Source: Flectonema sp. DT1601 (lineage: Eukaryota). Taken from it: a stretch of 64,000 nt of DNA. A program made the position numbers and the translations under genes. Location: positions 1,116,001-1,180,000 of the forward strand of contig OZ025781.1 of the NCBI GenBank assembly GCA_964019425.1, written 5' to 3'. Below the pieces are notes generated by a model. It worked only from the letters and a program-made list of their open reading frames with translations, was not told the DNA's origin and searched no databases. Positions 24,961 through 37,170 of the stretch are shown one piece after another. Each line of letters begins with the position of its first letter. Position 1 is the first letter of the stretch.

Positions 24961-26682
24961 TTAGCAAGCAACGACTGCTTCACTCTTCTTCTCCTTTTTA
25001 CCTTTTTTCTTCTTGTTATTGTTCTTAGGTTTGTTTTTGATTTTTGGATCCTCAGCGGCGGGGTTTAAATGTTTTGGAAAAAGACTTCCCTCCCTGAGTG
25101 ACCAACTTGTTGCAATCTCCGAACCTGACGTGAGATTATCGCATTGAGAGAGAGAACCGATTCGGCGACCAGGACACTGAAGACGAGTAAAAACAACATG
25201 AGCAGTTTCAGGTAAAAACGGTGCAAAGAAATGAGACAAAACATAAACCGCTTCCAACAACACTCTCACAATTGATAGTTGTTTTGTAGTATTCATAAGA
25301 GAAGGTGACCATGGAGACTGTTCTGTAAGCCATCGATTTGTTTGCCTGCATGCTTCTAAAAGCGTCATGAGTGATTCCCTAACTTCATTTTTATCAAAAA
25401 ATCGATCAAAATCACTCCTGAGTGTTTCCACATCAAAGGGATACTGAATATCAGAATCAACAACAGACGGTACTGTACCACTACTATACTTTGCACATAA
25501 TACTACTGCTCTCTGTGCAAGATTACCATAACAGTCTCCAAGTAATTGGTTGTGAGCTGCAATCAAACCGTCACAAGAGAATTTTAAATCATGTCCACAA
25601 GTAGTTTCGTAAGACATATAAAACCTAATAGCGTCGACGCTTATTTTATACTCAGTCATCAATTGATTTGGACAAATACAATTTCCTATGCTCTTTGACA
25701 TCTTAGACCCGTCACTGTTACACACAAATCCATGAGAAAATACTTTCTTTGGGAGTGGAATGCCCGCACTCATTAGCATTGCTGGCCAATAAACACAGTG
25801 AAACCTAATAATGTCTTTGCCAATGATCTGTAAATTTGGTGGCCATGATTTTGATAATTGCTCATCAGGATTTGATGATTGGGCAGAAATATAATTTATA
25901 AGCGCGTCAAACCAGACGTACATTACGTGGTCGCTGTCACCTGGAACTTGGATTCCCCAGTGAAATGAAGTTCGGGATACGCACAAGTCCTGTAACGGTG
26001 ATTTCAGAAATACTAACGTCTCATGTCGACACCGCTCTGGTTGTATGAAATCAGGGTTCTCATTTATAAAATTAATTAACTGAGACTGATACTTCGACAA
26101 ACGAAAGAAATAACATGGCTCTTCCATTAGAGTATATGGTATCCCTGACACTGGATCGAAGTAATTATGTTTTTCAGCCTCAGCATCTGTCACGTACGTT
26201 TCCTCTCTTACACAGTAATAACCTTTATACGTACCCAGATATATGTCTCCCTTGTCCAGACACTGTTTCCAAAATTGTCGGCATTGCTGTTTGTGGTTGT
26301 CTGAAGTTGTTCTTACAAATATGTCATTGCTGACCATTAGTTTCTCTGATAGATTTTTGAAATGTTCTGCCCAGGAATCGCAATATTGCTGCGTTGGGAT
26401 CCCTTCATTTGATGCAGCATTTTGAATTTTTAAACCGTGCTCATCAGTTCCAGTACAGAATACAACATCTCTTCCAACAAGACGATAATACCTTGCGTGA
26501 ACGTCTGCTAAAACTGCCTCATACGCATGTCCTATGTGCGGAGGTCCGTTTGTATAATTGATAGCCGTCGTTACATAGTAGCTTTCACTGCAGTCGGGGA
26601 GATTCTCACTTCCGAAATACTTTTTAAAAGTTACATCTGAAGAACTGCTACATTGCGACAGCAGATTTCGAAAACGACGCAT
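24961..26682 (-). CDS. metG: Methionyl-tRNA synthetase, probably mitochondrial
   Basis: YYVTTAINYTNGPPHIGH, GTDEHG, YVWFDALINY, GKDIIRFH and KMSKS. Arg/Ser-rich N-terminal presequence-like segment. Confidence 0.93.
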   Translation of the reverse strand: MRRFRNLLSQCSSSSDVTFKKYFGSENLPDCSESYYVTTAINYTNGPPHIGHAYEAVLADVHARYYRLVGRDVVFCTGTDEHGLKIQNAASNEGIPTQQYCDSWAEHFKNLSEKLMVSNDIFVRTTSDNHKQQCRQFWKQCLDKGDIYLGTYKGYYCVREETYVTDAEAEKHNYFDPVSGIPYTLMEEPCYFFRLSKYQSQLINFINENPDFIQPERCRHETLVFLKSPLQDLCVSRTSFHWGIQVPGDSDHVMYVWFDALINYISAQSSNPDEQLSKSWPPNLQIIGKDIIRFHCVYWPAMLMSAGIPLPKKVFSHGFVCNSDGSKMSKSIGNCICPNQLMTEYKISVDAIRFYMSYETTCGHDLKFSCDGLIAAHNQLLGDCYGNLAQRAVVLCAKYSSGTVPSVVDSDIQYPFDVETLRSDFDRFFDKNEVRESLMTLLEACRQTNRWLTEQSPWSPSLMNTTKQLSIVRVLLEAVYVLSHFFAPFLPETAHVVFTRLQCPGRRIGSLSQCDNLTSGSEIATSWSLREGSLFPKHLNPAAEDPKIKNKPKNNNKKKKGKKEKKSEAVVAC

Positions 26683-28353
26683 TTTTTTGTAAGATCTGTG
26701 ACACGATAGAGTACAAGAAATGTTACATAATAAGAAATGCTATATCTCCTTCAAAAGGTGGTAATATTTTGTTCTCTTTTAAAGCCACCATACTGTTAAT
26801 AACCTGTAGAAGAAGAATGTGGACGTTATAATCACAAATAAAACAAGTAAACAGTTAAAAAACAGCTAGGCGGAACGACAAACCGGAGCAACGCTTGAGT
26901 CAAACGCGCGAAAAACATACACGATAGTTTTCTTAGATACTTTCAACAAGCCCTCGCTTGGTACGTTTTTTTTTTTTTTTTTTTTTTTTTTTTCTTCCTT
27001 TTTTTTTTTTTTTTTCCATTCCTTGGCTCCACCTCCAATACAAAAAAGATTAGAAGCAATCGATTATTTTCCGTTTATTTCATTTTTTTTTTTTTTTTTT
27101 TTTTTTGAAAAATTCTCTAAAGCGATTACTCTTTATCTTTTTACCTATAAAACAACTTCGATATTCCGGAGATGAGTGAAACGGGTTTCACTCATCTCAT
27201 CAAAAGAAACCTGTATGCAACAATGACAGCTGGAAACAAACAAGGTGTTCAGCAATTATTTTTAGGGTCACAGAGCCAGCGAAATATGTACTACCATCTT
27301 AGCGAAACAATTGTTACTCTCGTTAATTACAAAAGATTAGCTCATCGGAATCTGTGTTACCAAAAGGTATCAAACACACGACAGAAAGACAAATACTTTA
27401 TTAGTTTTTGGTCGACAGACTGCTGATGTTGAATGTCACGTAACGCCTCTTGAATACTAATAACCTTAGCCAACGGGAACAAAACTGACGGAGAGGGGGG
27501 AAAGGGGAACAAAAAAAAAAAAAAAAAAAAAGAAAGAAATATCAGTCAAAATTATTTTTTGGATGTACTTTTAAACATAAATAGTGATTTCCTTTGTTAG
27601 TGCTCAGTGATGAATATTAATCCCAGACTAGGAATGAAAAGATCGAGAAAATCAGAGTAAACACCCTAATTTTACTTTTTCACTATTTCTTTTTTCTCTC
27701 CCACCCAGTTCTTCCCATCAGAAACTAGATAATATCACCGAATGGAGGATCTGAAGCATCAGAACCAGACGAGTCACGCAAAAGGGTGCTGAATACTAAG
27801 AGACGGAGATCCGTTGTAACAAACGTAATAAATTAGAAAACCTGTTTCCTAACAATCGGCCCAGCAGCGTCACAATAGACCCTTCGATTAATTCTTAGTT
27901 TTAGTATTGGTCCACGGCTGAGCTGATTTAGTAAACCACAAGATCTCTTTTCTCGATCTAGGTGACAAGTATGTGATGCAAAACCTCCCGATTTCGGACG
28001 GAAACGAACCGAACGATGCGACGCATTAAGATGCCGCTTCGATCGAAATCTTTGCTATTTTTTTCATTGTTTAGAATTTGGTCGCAAAAAAACTAATTTC
28101 GACTGATATATCCCTTAAGGGAGCGAATCACACAAAACCTCCTGAAAACAAGCAACAAGATTTGTTGACAAGAGATATAATACAAAATACTAATAACTGA
28201 CAAGTGTTTCTACTTAGAACACAGTACTGACTGAAACATTCGCCGTTTCACTAATACACGGCATACATGTGTTATCTAGTTGTACGGATGAATCACCACT
28301 TCCATCATACAATAAATTATAATGCAGCAGCTCAATCGCTACTACAGAGCTGA

Positions 28354-29459
28354 TTAATCGACGAGAACGTACTCTGCCTGTTTTTATTGTTGTTTTTTTT
28401 TTTAAATTGACAGAACATAGCGTTTTGGTGTTAGATATTTCAACATACTTCTCTCTTACAATCACCGGATGCTAAGTCCAAGCTGTATATGTAGAGATGA
28501 CCATCCATTGTTGCTACGAAGATCCTTTTGCTATCACGAGACAGAACAACGACATTAGCAACATTTGATGCTGGTGATTGAAACTGTGCCCAACTTCTCT
28601 CTGCTTGGTACATATTACGAACTGTGTCCCCGACAGTACCAGGACCCTCAGATGATCCTAAGACTTCAGAAGCTGATGTGTCACACCTCCATATGTGAAT
28701 TGTCGATTTGTTTGATGTACACACCAACAAAGAAGACGTGTAATTGAAAGACAATGAATATACACTTGCTCCAGAACTTCCTCTCCGAAGAGCGTAGAGG
28801 AGGGGTGCTTCAGATTTACCCTGAAGAGTGACTCTGAATATTCTAATTACAGTTCCTTTGATTGAAGCAGTCGCTAGTTTTGTTCCACAGTTACTTAGAG
28901 TGAGAGCTGATAGTGATGTTTTGTGTGCCCTAATTATGTGAAGGGTTTTAGTACCGGAGGCATCAACAATAACAACATCACCACTACCTTGAGTTACAGC
29001 TTTTGGGTAAGCTACAACATTGTTATCCTCATTCATCGATAGGTCTCCAAGACCTTTAGGGTTGCTTTCTGTATCGATAATCTGAAGAGGTGCCATTTTA
29101 GTCAGATCAAATATGTGAAGACACTTTTCTAAAATAACCAATAGTCGTTTTTTGTTCATTTTTACTCCAAGAACGGTATCTTGAAAACTAATATCACAAA
29201 TATTCTGTCCAGCATGTGTATTGTATAATTGCAATTGTCTAGGTGAGTGAGTTGACCCCTCACCAACCACAGCTAATAAGCTGGTTCTATGCAGCATACT
29301 TACGATTCGTGACCCTCCGTCATCCTCCTTACTTTCGAAACATTTCCTAACTGGGTCTGTTGTATATATTTTATAACCCTTCTCAGTACCAACTGCTAGA
29401 CAACTGCAATCTTGATTGAAAGACAGGCATTTTACTCCGTTGGCAGCACCCCTAGACAT
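28354..29459 (-). CDS. ATG18: Atg18/WIPI PROPPIN beta-propeller, 344 aa, 2 exons (29459-28449, 28377-28354)
   Basis: SFNQDCSCLAVGT, LATASIKGTVIRIF, the LRRG phosphoinositide motif and TIHIW. Intron 28378-28448 adds AEYVLVD-stop. Confidence 0.9.
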
Positions 29460-30391
29460 TGAGTTACTTTGTCTGAATATATATATATTTTTTTTTAAAA
29501 GAAATAATTTTTAAATAAAAAAAACGATAAAAAACTGGTATTCAAAAAGATCACAGATATGAATAACAAAAACGTATCATGGAAAGAGCCAAATTGATAC
29601 ATATATTTTTTTTTTTTCCTTTTTTTTTTTTTTTTGAGGTGCGCTGAAAGATGGAAAGAAGAAAGGAAAAAAAATCAAGAGAACAAACACAACCAGCTGT
29701 CAATAAACGATAAAATTTGTCGACTTGGGTATGTGTTTTTTCGATTTTTGTAAAAAAATTACAACTGTGTTGTATCATAAAACCATAAAGATAATTTAGC
29801 ATTAGTTTTTAGATACAGTGAGTTACTCGACTGGAGGAGTATTTTCATAGTAAATTGAATGGGAAAAATACGAAAAAAAAATCCTCCTTCTCCAAATGCT
29901 TTCATAATATAAACGAAGAAGACAAAATCCAATATAATGGACTTTAACTTACACAATTCGTTACACTGATAAAAACCAAAATTGAGAAATGCAATGAAGA
30001 GAGAAGCAACACACTGATAACATACTGAACACAACTTAATATCGATCACGTTATTTCACCATTAACGGTGAAGGGAGAATGAGGGGAGAGGGTTAATTTG
30101 ATACTGCAATTTTCAAGCTCAAAAAAGGAACAACAATTTCTCCGACAATCTTGACCGTCAGCAGCAGCGTAGTAAATGACTGCAAATAAATAAATATTTT
30201 TTTATTTTTTTTATATATAATACCACTGGTGGCCAAAGAGGGGACAAAAAGGCAATAAACAAGAATACTTCGGTCGACATCGCAATATCATAAATCACTA
30301 CCATGTAACTACCACATAGCCCGAGACGTCGAATCTAAAGGAAAGGGGAGGATAGATCCCAACCATGTAGTAATAAAGGATGACAATTTAT

Positions 30392-33300
30392 TTACTGCAA
30401 TACATCAAGCATATACATGTCCTTATCATCGAAAGAATCAAACTTCTCTTCATTAACAAAATAATGATCAGTGGAGATTTTCTTTTTCCTCTTGCAATAC
30501 ATAACTGTTGCAATTATGACAAGCAATAAAACACAAGCAGAAGCAATAATTATATATTTCGTTATATCATCTTCGAAAGAACTTTTTACATCTCCAACAC
30601 ATAGTGGATTCATGTTCATGGATACTCGTTCAACACATGACTGATTAGTATTACACACCCAACCGTCACAAGTATGAATGCATCTTCTTCCTGAACTTTC
30701 CTTGGTACACGATTCGTTGGTGTTGCAGTAATTGTTGCCGCAGTTGTTAGGTTCACACACTGGGTCCATTCCTTCGTCAGAACGGTCAACACAAGACTTA
30801 CCAACAGGACACGACCAACTTTCGCAATTAGGAATACAGTTGTAGCCAGAACTATTTCTGTAACACGATTCGTTGGTGTTGCAGTAATTGTTGCCGCAGT
30901 TGTCAGGTTCACAGATTGGGTTCATTCCTTCGTCAGAACGATCAACACACGTCTCGTTGGAATCGCAATCCCAACTTTCACAAGTAGGTATGCAGTTGTA
31001 GCCAGAATTATTTCTGTAACATGTTTCATTGATGTTGCAGTAATTGCTACCGCAGTTGTTAGTTTCACAGATTGGGTTCATTCCCTCATCAGAACGGTCG
31101 ACACAAGACTTACCAACAGGACACAACCAACCTCTGCAAGTAGGATTACAGTTGTAGCTAGAACTATTTCTGTAACAGGATTCGTTGAAATTGCAGTAAT
31201 TGTTGCCGCAGTTGTCAGGTTCACAGATTGGATTCATTCCCTCATCAGAACGGTCGACACAAGACGTACCAACAGGACACGACCAATCTCTGCAAGTAGG
31301 AATACAGTTGGAGCCAGAACTATTTCTGTAACACGATTCGTTGGTGTTGCAGTAATTGTTGCCGCAGTTGTTAGGTTCACAGATTGGGTTCATTCCTTCA
31401 TCAGAACGATCAACACACGTCTCGTCGGGATCGCAATCCCAACCTACGCAAGTAGGTATGCAGTTGTAGCTAAAATTATTTCTGTAACATGTTTCATTGA
31501 TGCTGCAGTAATTGCTACCGCAGTTGTTAGTTTCACAGATTGGGTTCATTCCCTCATCAGAACGGTCAACACAAGACGTACCAACAGGACACGACCAATC
31601 TCTGCAATTTGGAATGCAGTTGTAGCCAGAACTATTTCTGTAACACGATTCGTTGAAATTGCAGTAATTGTTGCCGCAGTTGTCAGGTTCACAGATTGGG
31701 TTCATTCCTTCGTCAGAACGATCAACACACGTCTCGTCAGGATCGCAATCCCAACCTACGCAAGTAGGAATGCAGTTGTAGCTAAAATTATTTCTGTAAC
31801 ATGTTTCATTGATGCTGCAGTAATTGTTGCCGCAGTTGTTAGTTTCACAGATTGGGTTCATTCCCTCATCAGAACGGTCAACACAAGACGTACCAACAGG
31901 ACACGACCAATCTCTGCAATTTGGAATGCAGTTGTAGCCAGAACTATTTCTGTAACACGATTCGTTGAAATTGCAGTAATTGTTGCCGCAGTTGTTAGGT
32001 TCACAGATTGGGTTCATTCCTTCATCAGAACGATCAACACAAGTCTCGTCAGGATCGCAATCCCAACCTACGCAAGTAGGAATGCAGTTGTAGCTAAAAT
32101 TATTTCTGTAACATGTTTCATTGATGCTGCAGTAATTGCCACCGCAGTTGTTAGTTTCACAGATTGGGTTCATTCCTTCGTCAGAACGGTCAACACAAGA
32201 CGTACCAACAGGACACGACCAATCTCTGCAATTCGGAATGCAGTTGTAGCCAGAACTATTTCTGTAACACGATTCGTTGAAATTGCAGTAATTGTTGCCG
32301 CAGTTGTCAGGTTCACAGATTGGGTTCATTCCTTCATCAGAACGATCAACACACGTCTCGTCGGCATCGCAATCCCAACCTACGCAAGTAGGTATGCAGT
32401 TGTAGCCAAAATTATTTCTGTAACATGTTTCATTGATGCTGCAGTAATTGCTACCGCAGTTGTTAGTTTCACAGATTGGGTTCATTCCTTCGTCAGAACG
32501 GTCAACACAAGACGTACCAACAGGACACGACCAATCTCTGCAATTTGGAATGCAGTTGTAGCCAGAACTATTTCTGTAACACGATTCGTTGAAATTGCAG
32601 TAATTGTTGCCGCAGTTGTCAGGTTCACAGATTGGGTTCATTCCTTCATCAGAACGATCAACACACGTCTCGTCGGCATCGCAATCCCAACCTACGCAAG
32701 TAGGTATGCAGTTGTAGCCAAAATTATTTCTGTAACATGTTTCATTGATGCTGCAGTAATTGCTACCGCAGTTGTTAGTTTCACAGATTGGGTTCATTCC
32801 TTCGTCAGAACGGTCAACACAAGACGTACCAACAGGACACGACCAATCTCTGCAATTCGGAATGCAGTTGTAGCCAGAACTATTTCTGTAACACGATTCG
32901 TTGAAATTGCAGTAATTGTTGCCGCAGTTGTCAGGTTCACAGATTGGGTTCATTCCTTCATCAGAACGATCAACACACGTCTCGTCGGCATCGCAATCCC
33001 AACCTACGCAAGTAGGTATGCAGTTGTAGCCAAAATTATTTCTGTAACATGTTTCATTGATGCTGCAGTAATTGCTACCGCAGTTGTTAGTTTCACAGAT
33101 TGGGTTCATTCCTTCGTCAGAACGGTCAACACAAGACGTACCAACAGGACACGACCAATCTCTGCAATTTGGAATGCAGTTGTAGCCAGAACTATTTCTG
33201 TAACACGATTCGTTGAAATTGCAGTAATTGTTGCCGCAGTTGTTAGGTTCACAGATTGGGTTCATTCCTTCGTCAGAACGATCAACACACGTCTCGTCGA

Positions 33301-36300
33301 GATCGCAATCCCAACCTACGCAAGTAGGTATGCAGTTGTAGCCAAAATTATTTCTGTAACATGTTTCATTGATGCTGCAGTAATTGCTACCGCAGTTGTT
33401 AGTTTCACAGATTGGGTTCATTCCCTCATCAGAACGGTCAACACAAGACGTACCAACAGGACACGACCAATCTCTGCAATTTGGAATGCAGTTGTAGCCA
33501 GAACTATTTCTGTAACACGATTCGTTGAAATTGCAGTAATTGTTGCCGCAGTTGTTTGGTTCACAGATTGGGTTCATTCCTTCGTCAGAACGATCAACAC
33601 ACGTCTCGTCAGGATCGCAATCCCAACCTACGCAAGTAGGAATGCAGTTGTAGCTAAAATTATTTCTGTAACATGTTTCATTGATGCTGCAGTAATTGTT
33701 GCCGCAGTTGTTAGTTTCACAGATTGGGTTCATTCCCTCATCAGAACGGTCAACACAAGACGTACCAACAGGACACGACCAATCTCTGCAATTTGGAATG
33801 CAGTTGTAGCCAGAACTATTTCTGTAACACGATTCGTTGAAATTGCAGTAATTGTTGCCGCAGTTGTTAGGTTCACAGATTGGGTTCATTCCTTCGTCAG
33901 AACGATCAACACACGTCTCGTCAGGATCGCAATCCCAACCTACGCAAGTAGGAATGCAGTTGTAGCTAAAATTATTTCTGTAACATGTTTCATTGATGCT
34001 GCAGTAATTGTTGCCGCAGTTGTTAGTTTCACAGATTGGGTTCATTCCCTCATCAGAACGGTCAACACAAGACGTACCAACAGGACACGACCAATCTCTG
34101 CAATTTGGAATGCAGTTGTAGCCAGAACTATTTCTGTAACACGATTCGTTGAAATTGCAGTAATTGTTGCCGCAGTTGTTAGGTTCACAGATTGGGTTCA
34201 TTCCTTCATCAGAACGATCAACACAAGTCTCGTCAGGATCGCAATCCCAACCTACGCAAGTAGGAATGCAGTTGTAGCTAAAATTATTTCTGTAACATGT
34301 TTCATTGATGCTGCAGTAATTGCTACCGCAGTTGTTAGTTTCACAGATTGGGTTCATTCCCTCATCAGAACGGTCAACACAAGACGTACCAACAGGACAC
34401 GACCAATCTCTGCAATTTGGAATGCAGTTGTAGCCAGAACTATTTCTGTAACACGATTCGTTGAAATTGCAGTAATTGTTGCCGCAGTTGTTAGGTTCAC
34501 AGATTGGGTTCATTCCTTCATCAGAACGATCAACACACGTCTCGTCGGCATCGCAATCCCAACCTACGCAAGTAGGTATGCAGTTGTAGCTAAAATTATT
34601 TCTGTAACATGTTTCATTGATGCTGCAGTAATTGCTACCGCAGTTGTTAGTTTCACAGATTGGGTTCATTCCCTCATCAGAACGGTCAACACAAGACGTA
34701 CCAACAGGACACGACCAATCTCTGCAATTTGGAATGCAGTTGTAGCCAGAACTATTTCTGTAACACGATTCGTTGAAATTGCAGTAATTGTTGCCGCAGT
34801 TGTTAGTTTCACAGATTGGGTTCATTCCTTCATCAGAACGATCAACACAAGTCTCGTCGGGATCGCAATCCCAACCTACGCAAGTAGGTATGCAGTTGTA
34901 GCCAAAATTATTTCTGTAACATGTTTCATTGATGCTGCAGTAATTGCTACCGCAGTTGTTAGTTTCACAGATTGGCTTCTTTCCTTCATCAGAACGGTCG
35001 ACACAAGACTTCCCGTCGTTTTGGCAATCCCAACCTTTGCAATTGGGAATGCATCCACTATAACCATCAGTATTCGTGTAACAAGTTTCATTGATGTTGC
35101 AGTAATAAGCGCCGCAGTTGTTAATTTCACAGATTGGGTTCATTCCCTTATCTGAACGGTCGACACAAGACGAGTCGCGTGGACAAGACCAAACTACCCA
35201 ATCTCTGCAAGTAGGAATACAGTTGTAGCCAGAACTATTTCTGTAACATGTTTCATTGACGTTGCAGTAATTGTTGCCGCAGTTGTTAGTTTCACAGATT
35301 GGTTTCATTCCTTCGTCAGAACGATCAACACACGTCTCGCCAGCATTGCAAGCCCAACCTTCACAAGTAGGAATGCATCTGCTACCATAAGCGTTCTTGT
35401 AACATATTTCATTGGTGGTGCAGTTAAAATTGCTGTCGCAGTTGTTAGTTTCACAGATTGGCTTCTTTCCTTCATCAGAACGATCAAAACACGTCTCGTT
35501 GTTTTGGCAATCCCAACCTTTGCAATTGGGAATGCATCCACTATAACCATCAGTATTCGTGTAACAAGTTTCATTGATGTTGCAGTAATAAGCGCCGCAG
35601 TTGTTAGGTTCACAGATTGGGTTCATTCCCTTATCTGAACGGTCGACACAAGACGAGTCGCGTGGACAAGACCAAACTACCCAATCTCTGCAATTAGGAA
35701 TACAGTTGTAGCCAGAACTATTTCTGTAACATGTTTCATTGACGTTGCAGTAATTGTTGCCGCAGTTGTTAGTTTCACAGATCGGTTTCATTCCTTCGTC
35801 AGAACGATCAACACACGTCTCGCCGGAATTGCAAGCCCAACCTTCACAAGTAGGAATGCATCTGCTACCATAAGCGTTCTTGTAACATATTTCATTGGTG
35901 GTGCAGTTAAAATTGCTGTCGCAGTTGTTAGTTTCACAGATTGGCTTCTTTCCTTCATCAGAACGATCAAAACACGTCTCGTTGTTTTGGCAATCCCAAC
36001 CTTTGCAATTGGGAATGCATCCACTATAACCATCAGTATTCGTGTAACAAGTTTCATTGATGTTGCAGTAATAAGCGCCGCAGTTGTTAGGTTCACAGAT
36101 TGGGTTCATTCCCTTATCTGAACGGTCGACACAAGACGAGTCGCGTGGACAAGACCAAACTACCCAATCTCTGCAAGTAGGAATACAGTTGTAGCCAGAA
36201 CTATTTCTGTAACATGTTTCATTGACGTTGCAGTATTCGTTGCCGCAGTTGCTAGTTTCACAGACTGGGTCCATTCCAAGTTGAAATTTATCAATGCATG

Positions 36301-36634
36301 ACTCACCTGAGTGGCAATGATCATCACGAAAAGTCTCACAGGTTGGGAGACAGCTTTGAAATTTTGTTCTATATTCGTAACAGTAATTGGTAAAGCAATA
36401 CTGACCGTTACAAAGACTGGAATTCGAAACACACTCCGGGTTGAGACCTTCTGCACTTCTGTCAATGCAAAGTGAACCATTGCAATTATCATAACAATTG
36501 CGAACACAACGTTTAGAAGTGCCGTCGTCGTAGCAACTGTGTGAAATGTCACAAATATCACTTCCACAACTTACAAATAAGGACCTTGCTCCACCCACAA
36601 GAAATAGGAACACAATTAATGTAATACGGAACAT
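30392..36634 (-). CDS. Type I membrane protein with ~37 Cys-rich tandem repeats (8 Cys per 52-55 aa, FOLN/EGF-like half-units), 2080 aa
   Basis: Signal peptide MFRITLIVFLFLVGGARS, TM segment YIIIASACVLLLVIIATVMY followed by KRKKK, and many N-glycosylation sequons. Polypyrimidine+CAG acceptor at 36648. Confidence 0.85.
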   Translation of the reverse strand: MFRITLIVFLFLVGGARSLFVSCGSDICDISHSCYDDGTSKRCVRNCYDNCNGSLCIDRSAEGLNPECVSNSSLCNGQYCFTNYCYEYRTKFQSCLPTCETFRDDHCHSGESCIDKFQLGMDPVCETSNCGNEYCNVNETCYRNSSGYNCIPTCRDWVVWSCPRDSSCVDRSDKGMNPICEPNNCGAYYCNINETCYTNTDGYSGCIPNCKGWDCQNNETCFDRSDEGKKPICETNNCDSNFNCTTNEICYKNAYGSRCIPTCEGWACNSGETCVDRSDEGMKPICETNNCGNNYCNVNETCYRNSSGYNCIPNCRDWVVWSCPRDSSCVDRSDKGMNPICEPNNCGAYYCNINETCYTNTDGYSGCIPNCKGWDCQNNETCFDRSDEGKKPICETNNCDSNFNCTTNEICYKNAYGSRCIPTCEGWACNAGETCVDRSDEGMKPICETNNCGNNYCNVNETCYRNSSGYNCIPTCRDWVVWSCPRDSSCVDRSDKGMNPICEINNCGAYYCNINETCYTNTDGYSGCIPNCKGWDCQNDGKSCVDRSDEGKKPICETNNCGSNYCSINETCYRNNFGYNCIPTCVGWDCDPDETCVDRSDEGMNPICETNNCGNNYCNFNESCYRNSSGYNCIPNCRDWSCPVGTSCVDRSDEGMNPICETNNCGSNYCSINETCYRNNFSYNCIPTCVGWDCDADETCVDRSDEGMNPICEPNNCGNNYCNFNESCYRNSSGYNCIPNCRDWSCPVGTSCVDRSDEGMNPICETNNCGSNYCSINETCYRNNFSYNCIPTCVGWDCDPDETCVDRSDEGMNPICEPNNCGNNYCNFNESCYRNSSGYNCIPNCRDWSCPVGTSCVDRSDEGMNPICETNNCGNNYCSINETCYRNNFSYNCIPTCVGWDCDPDETCVDRSDEGMNPICEPNNCGNNYCNFNESCYRNSSGYNCIPNCRDWSCPVGTSCVDRSDEGMNPICETNNCGNNYCSINETCYRNNFSYNCIPTCVGWDCDPDETCVDRSDEGMNPICEPNNCGNNYCNFNESCYRNSSGYNCIPNCRDWSCPVGTSCVDRSDEGMNPICETNNCGSNYCSINETCYRNNFGYNCIPTCVGWDCDLDETCVDRSDEGMNPICEPNNCGNNYCNFNESCYRNSSGYNCIPNCRDWSCPVGTSCVDRSDEGMNPICETNNCGSNYCSINETCYRNNFGYNCIPTCVGWDCDADETCVDRSDEGMNPICEPDNCGNNYCNFNESCYRNSSGYNCIPNCRDWSCPVGTSCVDRSDEGMNPICETNNCGSNYCSINETCYRNNFGYNCIPTCVGWDCDADETCVDRSDEGMNPICEPDNCGNNYCNFNESCYRNSSGYNCIPNCRDWSCPVGTSCVDRSDEGMNPICETNNCGSNYCSINETCYRNNFGYNCIPTCVGWDCDADETCVDRSDEGMNPICEPDNCGNNYCNFNESCYRNSSGYNCIPNCRDWSCPVGTSCVDRSDEGMNPICETNNCGGNYCSINETCYRNNFSYNCIPTCVGWDCDPDETCVDRSDEGMNPICEPNNCGNNYCNFNESCYRNSSGYNCIPNCRDWSCPVGTSCVDRSDEGMNPICETNNCGNNYCSINETCYRNNFSYNCIPTCVGWDCDPDETCVDRSDEGMNPICEPDNCGNNYCNFNESCYRNSSGYNCIPNCRDWSCPVGTSCVDRSDEGMNPICETNNCGSNYCSINETCYRNNFSYNCIPTCVGWDCDPDETCVDRSDEGMNPICEPNNCGNNYCNTNESCYRNSSGSNCIPTCRDWSCPVGTSCVDRSDEGMNPICEPDNCGNNYCNFNESCYRNSSSYNCNPTCRGWLCPVGKSCVDRSDEGMNPICETNNCGSNYCNINETCYRNNSGYNCIPTCESWDCDSNETCVDRSDEGMNPICEPDNCGNNYCNTNESCYRNSSGYNCIPNCESWSCPVGKSCVDRSDEGMDPVCEPNNCGNNYCNTNESCTKESSGRRCIHTCDGWVCNTNQSCVERVSMNMNPLCVGDVKSSFEDDITKYIIIASACVLLLVIIATVMYCKRKKKISTDHYFVNEEKFDSFDDKDMYMLDVLQ
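30700..36250 (-). repeat. Intragenic tandem array: 156-bp base unit arranged as 12 x 312-bp dimers and ~2.7 x 483-bp trimers
   Basis: The marker CCTACGCAAG recurs every 312 bp from 31443 to 34875. Shadow ORF starts at 35130, 35613 and 36096 are 483 bp apart. Confidence 0.95.
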
Positions 36635-36883
36635 TGATTTCGTATTTCTGTTTGAAAAAGAAAATGTAAACAAAATAATAAAATAAAGTACTGAATAAAA
36701 GTAGAAAAACTCGTAATATTGTAAGACAGTTGTGTAGTTATTTTTTTTTTTTTTCAGTTTTTTTATGTTCAGGTTTTATTTAACGTGTTTCTTAGTTTAA
36801 TAACTTATACGGTTGTTTTCTTGTATCAAAAAAAAACAAGTCATGAGTAACACTGTGACACATCTAATAGCGAAAGCCATTTT

Positions 36884-37170
36884 TCAGGGACCAAAACCAG
36901 CACCCCATTTACCAAAATGTTTCCCGTCCCAATCCCCCGGTGACTTCACCAGCGTTGCGAGTGGTGGCATTGTGAAGTGTCTCGGTTCAGGAAGTATCAC
37001 CGTAGGGTCAGTGTTATAGACGTCCACCTATTTTACGTGTTTTGTTATTTTTTAGTGGTCCTCTTGAGTTTGAAAATCACTCCCACAATAATAAAAATAA
37101 TACATACATGTGGAACGGGTTTAGGTGTTGGAAGGCCGTGTAAGACGTTTGCCCCTGGTAACCCCGGCAT
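36884..37170 (-). CDS. 68-aa Pro/Gly-rich microprotein, paralog A, 2 exons (37170-37108, 37027-36884)
   Basis: Intron 37028-37107 (GTATGT..AAAATAG). Product MPGLPGANVLHGLPTPKPVPH/VDVYNTDPTVILPEPRHFTMPPLATLVKSPGDWDGKHFGKWGAGFGP. Divergence from paralog B is mostly synonymous. Confidence 0.88.

Noticed and set aside
27670..27792. Plus-strand polypyrimidine+CAG followed by an ATG
   Set aside because: The ORF is only 16 codons, with no other support.
30700..36250. CRISPR array or non-coding satellite
   Set aside because: The repeats have no unique spacers, have lengths that are multiples of 3, and lie in a single open frame with a signal peptide and TM segment.
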